Below are positions 16,700 to 21,143 of a DNA stretch of 21,143 nt, in pieces. Numbering within the stretch: position 1 is the first letter of the stretch; every line of letters begins with the position of its first letter. The translations under genes and the position numbers were made by a program. The DNA is taken from positions 1 to 21,143 of the forward strand of contig JAHQXB010000138.1 of the NCBI GenBank assembly GCA_029856435.1, written 5' to 3'. The DNA is from Candidatus Jordarchaeia archaeon. Lineage in GTDB: Archaea > Asgardarchaeota > Jordiarchaeia > Jordiarchaeales > Jordiarchaeaceae. The notes beneath the pieces were generated by a model. That model saw only the letters and a list, made by a program, of their open reading frames with translations, did not search any database and was not told where the DNA came from.

Positions 16700-18181
16700 A
16701 TGGTTAGTGTTTTAAAAGCTTTAGAAGACGCAGTAGGCTCAGAATATGTTTCAGACAAGGACTTCATAACCTATGCCTACGCCAGAGGAATAGACAGCGC
16801 CCTCCCAGCTAACCCACCAGAATATGTGGTGAAGCCAGGATCAACAGAAGAAGTCGCCGCGGTAATGCGCATCGCCAACCAGTACAAAATACCAGTAGTT
16901 CCACGTGGAGGAGGCTGCTGCTTAACCGGTGGCTCAAAGCCCATAGAGAAGGGAGGAATACTTCTAGACACAACCAGAATGCACAAAGTACTAAACATAG
17001 ACTTGAACACGCTAACCGTCACCGTTGAAGCCGGAATAACTTGGGCAGAGCTCAACAACAAACTCAACGAACTAGGCTACTACACTGGAAACCTCGGTCC
17101 AGGAAGCGGAATGTCTGCAGTGGTCGGAGGCGGACTCTCACACCACAGTGTAGGAGGCGGCGGAGGAGCAAAATATGGCACTTGCACCGAACATGTTGTA
17201 GCCTTAGAAGTAGTGTTACCAACCGGCCACATAATAAACACCGGCGCCAACGCCAGCGTCTACACCAAGGAACCATTTTGCCGCTTCGGATTCGGCCCAG
17301 ATCTAACCGGGCTATTTCTAGGCGACAATGGGCTTCTAGGAATCAAGACCAAAGCCACCCTAGAAATTTTTCCAAAACCCCCCTACCATGCGGCTAAGAC
17401 CTTCACCATAGAGGAGCCCTCAGCTGAGAACGCGGCCAAAATCTGGCTAGCCTGGAGGAGGAGAGGAGACTTGGGCATCTACGATTCACAGTGGTGGCCC
17501 TTAATAATGGTTCTAGGACTGCAACTATTGTTGGACGTGCCGCCAATAAAGCCTTGGGTGGGACTGCAGAAAGCAGTGTTCTGGTACACCATGGAGGCCG
17601 AAACAGAGGAACAGCTGGAAGCCAACATGAAAATTGTGGACCAAATATGTAAGGAGAATGGTTGCACAGAGTTGGGGCCTGAATTAAAGGATGGCAACAT
17701 CGCCAAGTGGCACTATGAGGAACAGGGGCACTGGTTGAACTGGCACAGCCTCTGGGGCGGAATGGGTCCGGGCTCCATACCCCTAACAACAGAGCATCAC
17801 CAGGCCATACACCGCGTCCCCTATATTAGCAAGAAACTTGATGAGTGGGAAGCAGCGCACAGAGCAGAACTTGATGCGAATGGTGGGATGCAGACTGGAA
17901 TATCGACAGCAATCCTTTGTGGACATACAACAGTGGAAGTCGACTCTGGGCTTCTGGGTTGGGATAAGCCAGAATACCGCAAGAAGAATCTGGAGCTCTG
18001 GAAGAGTCAGATTGAGATGCTGCTCAGAGAGGGAGCCATGCCCTATATGGTTGGGGAGATGTTTAGCAAGGGACTAATAGACACTGAGGCCTTTAATGGA
18101 ACCTATTACGCGTTTCTGAGGGATGTCAAAAAGGCTTTGGATCCCAACAGGATTCTGAGTCCCGGAAAATTCTATCTCTAG
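16700..18181 (+). CDS. FAD-binding oxidoreductase, GlcD/D-lactate dehydrogenase-like
   Basis: VVKPGSTEEVAAVMRIAN...VVPRGGG..LTGG, VTVEAGITW, VVALEVVLPTG, GPDLTGLFLGDNGLLGIKTK, C-terminal VKKALDPNRILSPGK. Confidence 0.9.
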   Translation: MVSVLKALEDAVGSEYVSDKDFITYAYARGIDSALPANPPEYVVKPGSTEEVAAVMRIANQYKIPVVPRGGGCCLTGGSKPIEKGGILLDTTRMHKVLNIDLNTLTVTVEAGITWAELNNKLNELGYYTGNLGPGSGMSAVVGGGLSHHSVGGGGGAKYGTCTEHVVALEVVLPTGHIINTGANASVYTKEPFCRFGFGPDLTGLFLGDNGLLGIKTKATLEIFPKPPYHAAKTFTIEEPSAENAAKIWLAWRRRGDLGIYDSQWWPLIMVLGLQLLLDVPPIKPWVGLQKAVFWYTMEAETEEQLEANMKIVDQICKENGCTELGPELKDGNIAKWHYEEQGHWLNWHSLWGGMGPGSIPLTTEHHQAIHRVPYISKKLDEWEAAHRAELDANGGMQTGISTAILCGHTTVEVDSGLLGWDKPEYRKKNLELWKSQIEMLLREGAMPYMVGEMFSKGLIDTEAFNGTYYAFLRDVKKALDPNRILSPGKFYL

Positions 18182-18195
18182 GAGGAAGATGAATA

Positions 18196-19401
18196 ATGGC
18201 TAAAATGAATAATACCAGAAAGCTTTCGGATATGGTTTATGCTTGTTCCGGTATAGGTGACTGTAGGATAGCTTATAGGTGGGCTGTGGGCAGATACGGG
18301 GTCTGCCCGGTTCTGGAGCACTCCCCCCAGTTCGACCCCTTCTATGCCCGGGGCAAAATACGTATTGCTAAGGGTCTTTTGGAGGGTGAGCTTGAGCCTA
18401 GCAAGGAACTGGCAGAAGTGCTATATCAGTGCACCACATGTGGTAACTGCCACTCTGCCTGCCACCAGAGCATGTGTGAGGAGATAGTACTACCCATAAG
18501 TAGGTTTATTGACCACGTGAAGCTTTTCGAGGCTATGAGGGCGGACCTAGTTGAGGAAGGATTGGGTCCCATGCCCAGGCACAAAGAGATACTGGAGTCA
18601 ACCAGAAAGGAGCACAATCCCTACATGGAGAAGCACGCTGACCGCGTAAAATGGATTCCCAAGGGTAAAAAGATTCCCCAGAAGGCAGACTTGGTGTGGT
18701 TTGTGGGTTGTACAGAGCCCTATCGACAGCCAGATTTGGCTCAAGCGTTTCTTAAAATTCTGGAGGCTTCAAAAACAGACTTTGCAATAATATATCCCGA
18801 GGAGTGGTGCTGCGGTTCAGTGTTTTTCAGAACCGGTGTTTGGGACATGGCTGAGGAGCTTGCAAAACACAACTTGGAGGCCCTCAAAGCTGCTGGAGCT
18901 AAAAAAGTGGTGATTCACTGTGCAGGGTGCTACAGAACAATTTCCAAGGACTATGTGGAACTTTTTGGAGAGCTCCCTTTCAAAGTGGTTAACGCGGTGG
19001 AGCTTATCAGAGATCTTATGAAAGAGGGCAAGCTGAAACTCAAAAAGCTGGACGCCAAAGTAACCTATCATGATCCCTGCCACCTGGGAAGACACATGAA
19101 AATATATGACGCTCCCCGAGAGATACTAAAAATGATGCCTGGAGTGCAACTGGTTGAGATGAAAAGGATAAAGGACGCTTCTTGGTGCTGCGGAGCGGGC
19201 GGAGGAGTTAAGAGCGGCTTTCCAGAGCTGGCAGTGGACATAGCTAAGGACAGAATAAAAGAGGCAGAGGAGACCGGCGCAGAGTACCTAGTGACTGCTT
19301 GTCCCTTCTGTGTGAAGAATCTCCAAGACGCTGCGGAGGCTCTGAACAGCAAAATTAGGGTTTTAGACATTGTGGAACTGGTAGCCGAAAACTTGGCATA
19401 A
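18196..19401 (+). CDS. Fe-S-binding oxidoreductase subunit, GlcF/HdrD-like (ferredoxin motif plus two CCG domains)
   Basis: CTTCGNCHSAC, FVGC, EEWCCGS, HCAGCY, YHDPCHLGRH, WCCGAGGGVK, VTACPFC; GGAGG RBS and 14-nt gap after the FAD gene indicate an operon. Confidence 0.92.
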   Translation: MAKMNNTRKLSDMVYACSGIGDCRIAYRWAVGRYGVCPVLEHSPQFDPFYARGKIRIAKGLLEGELEPSKELAEVLYQCTTCGNCHSACHQSMCEEIVLPISRFIDHVKLFEAMRADLVEEGLGPMPRHKEILESTRKEHNPYMEKHADRVKWIPKGKKIPQKADLVWFVGCTEPYRQPDLAQAFLKILEASKTDFAIIYPEEWCCGSVFFRTGVWDMAEELAKHNLEALKAAGAKKVVIHCAGCYRTISKDYVELFGELPFKVVNAVELIRDLMKEGKLKLKKLDAKVTYHDPCHLGRHMKIYDAPREILKMMPGVQLVEMKRIKDASWCCGAGGGVKSGFPELAVDIAKDRIKEAEETGAEYLVTACPFCVKNLQDAAEALNSKIRVLDIVELVAENLA

Positions 19402-19490
19402 AAAAGCGACATCACTCCCCCTTTTTCCTTCCGAACACATATTTTATTTTTTGGTGATTTGGAAGGCCAATATGGGGGTCGCCTTTTTTT
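19401..19490 (+). terminator. Long imperfect hairpin followed by a T-run after the FAD/Fe-S operon
   Basis: AAAAAGCGAC..CCCCC..CCTTCC / GGAAGG..GGGGGTCGCC-TTTTTTT. Confidence 0.4.
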
Positions 19491-19721
19491 GAGTTTTCTA
19501 TAACTCGAAGTCAAATTTGATTTTTTAATTTTGAATGGTTGAATGCTTCTATCTTAACATGTTCTCGTTAAACCTAAAAGGGCGTAGAATTCTAAGGTGC
19601 AAAAACAAATTCAATTGAGATTAAAATTCAAGATAATTATGAGCCTGTTTCGGGATAGAGATTATCTTTATGGGGGATAATCTAAATAAGGGTACCCTTC
19701 TCAGTTACTAGATAGTAACTG

Positions 19722-20600
19722 GTGATGATGGTGGAGATGGTAAACAAGGTTGGTTTCATGGTTAGGATTGGTTCCCAGATGGCATTATCATCCACCGAAG
19801 ATATTTCAAAATTTTTGAAAGGAAGGGGATTCGCCACTTATACCATTAAGGGTGTGGATGATGTGCAGGATGGCACCTTCTTCATAATTTCTAATGGGGG
19901 GGATGGTACAGTTCTGAAAACCGCTAGGACCGTTGTGGAGCGTGGGCGAAACATTCCTATTTTTCCAGTGAATTCTGGCACGGTTGGTTTTCTAACCGAG
20001 GTGGATGCCCGCAACGCGATACCAGAACTGGAAAAGATTCTGAAGGGACACTATAAGGAGGAAGTTCACCACGCATTAGACGTTTACTTGGAAGGAAAAT
20101 ATGTGGGATTCGCAGTAAACGATGTTGTCATTACCTGTGAGTATGGAAGGATACTTGATGGAAAATTGTTTCTAGACAACATTCTCGTCTCCACTATTCG
20201 CGGTGACCGAATAATAATAGCTCCACCCCTAGGTTCGACTGCCTACAATTTATCCGCAGGAGGATCAATAATACATCCCAAACTAGAGGCAATGTCAATT
20301 ACCTGTGTTGCTCAATTTTACACCAGCAGATTTTTCCCACTTATAGTACCCATTAACACCAATGTAAAATTTGTATTGTCCGACACACCATATGACAACT
20401 ATGTCATCCTAGACGGCCAAATAGCTGAAACAAATGGAAAAAAAATTACAGGGGGACACACCATCGAGGTGAAGGTGTCCCAGAAAACATTCAAACTAAT
20501 TTACACCGAGAGATCCTTCTATGAGAGAATAAATAAGGTCATCCTAACCCAACAAGAGAAATTACCACGGATAGAACCCACCCCCGGAGACATATACTAA
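19722..20600 (+). CDS. ppnK: NAD kinase (start uncertain among several in-frame GTG/ATG codons)
   Basis: GGDGTVLK, VNSGTVGFLTE, AVNDVV, PLGSTAYNLSAGGSIIHP and LDGQ motifs. Confidence 0.93.
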   Translation: MMMVEMVNKVGFMVRIGSQMALSSTEDISKFLKGRGFATYTIKGVDDVQDGTFFIISNGGDGTVLKTARTVVERGRNIPIFPVNSGTVGFLTEVDARNAIPELEKILKGHYKEEVHHALDVYLEGKYVGFAVNDVVITCEYGRILDGKLFLDNILVSTIRGDRIIIAPPLGSTAYNLSAGGSIIHPKLEAMSITCVAQFYTSRFFPLIVPINTNVKFVLSDTPYDNYVILDGQIAETNGKKITGGHTIEVKVSQKTFKLIYTERSFYERINKVILTQQEKLPRIEPTPGDIY

Positions 20601-21143
20601 ACCAATTGAAACCCTACTAACTATCTTGAACCAACCCAATGATTACGCTCTAGTGTAGAAGTTTCATAGGCTCAGGAAATCACAGTCAGTCATTGAGTGG
20701 AAATCTAACCATTATAATAGGAAGGTTGCATAACTATAGAATTTCTCATTAATTTTTTCCTAAACCTATCCTTGACCGGGGTTATTTAAGGCTTCTTTTC
20801 CCAAAAAAGGCGGAAAAAACCATACTTTCTGGAAGCGAAAAGGAAAAAATTAAATGGAAAGTATATAGTGACTCAACCGAGCAAATTTTTTGTTCATTTT
20901 TCAAAAGAATTAGAGAATTGATGTTATTACCGATTAAGATAGGATAGGAGACAAGGTGAAAATTGAGTATACTTACCCTGGACGGTGGAAATATCCTCAA
21001 CACATATGAGGGAGGAAACCCCCCGGCGATAGATTCGCAGAATTTTTTGGCTATTTTTGGGGGGGTTGCTTTATCTGGGTGATTTTTGAGGCGAATGGGG
21101 TTTAGTTTGGGGTTCTTCTCCCCCTCTCTTTGTTTTCCTCTTT

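Noticed and set aside
18459-18520. Extra residues (HQSMCEEIVLPISRF) in the Fe-S protein as a possible in-frame intron
   Set aside because: Only a weak CTAC/GTAG hairpin; no 4-bp central helix with paired 3-nt bulges.
20782-21003. 73-aa minus-strand ORF near the window end
   Set aside because: Low-complexity AT-rich sequence with no motif or clear RBS.
1-21143. CRISPR array, tRNA or rRNA genes
   Set aside because: No regularly spaced direct repeats and no cloverleaf or rRNA signature seen; the lone GTTCGAA at 13266 is not in a tRNA context.

Overview
Archaeal chromosomal segment, judged from the archaeal-type ThrRS, GAGGTGA ribosome-binding sites and TATA/BRE-like promoters. An Asgard-like anaerobic heterotroph is plausible but not provable from this window. 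Gene content in order: a two-subunit family I CoA-transferase, a decayed IS5-family (IS903/ISH1-like) element containing nested small elements, thrS, a cupin, three tandem MFS paralogues, a frameshifted hypothetical gene, a PHP phosphoesterase, a thiolase, an unidentified GC-rich structured-RNA candidate, a small membrane protein, purN, an ADP-forming acyl-CoA synthetase alpha subunit, a GlcD/GlcF-like FAD/Fe-S oxidoreductase pair and NAD kinase. The main finding is that the CoA-transferase beta gene, which looks frameshifted in the ORF track, carries a 26-nt insertion (536-561) framed by a canonical bulge-helix-bulge motif. Cutting at the standard splicing-endonuclease positions restores the frame and the conserved VGTGFP motif, so this is a candidate tRNA-type intron in the mRNA of a metabolic gene. 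Other observations are a two-copy 105-bp IS1-like MITE with covarying arms and a kb-scale alternation of G/T-rich and A/C-rich sequence.
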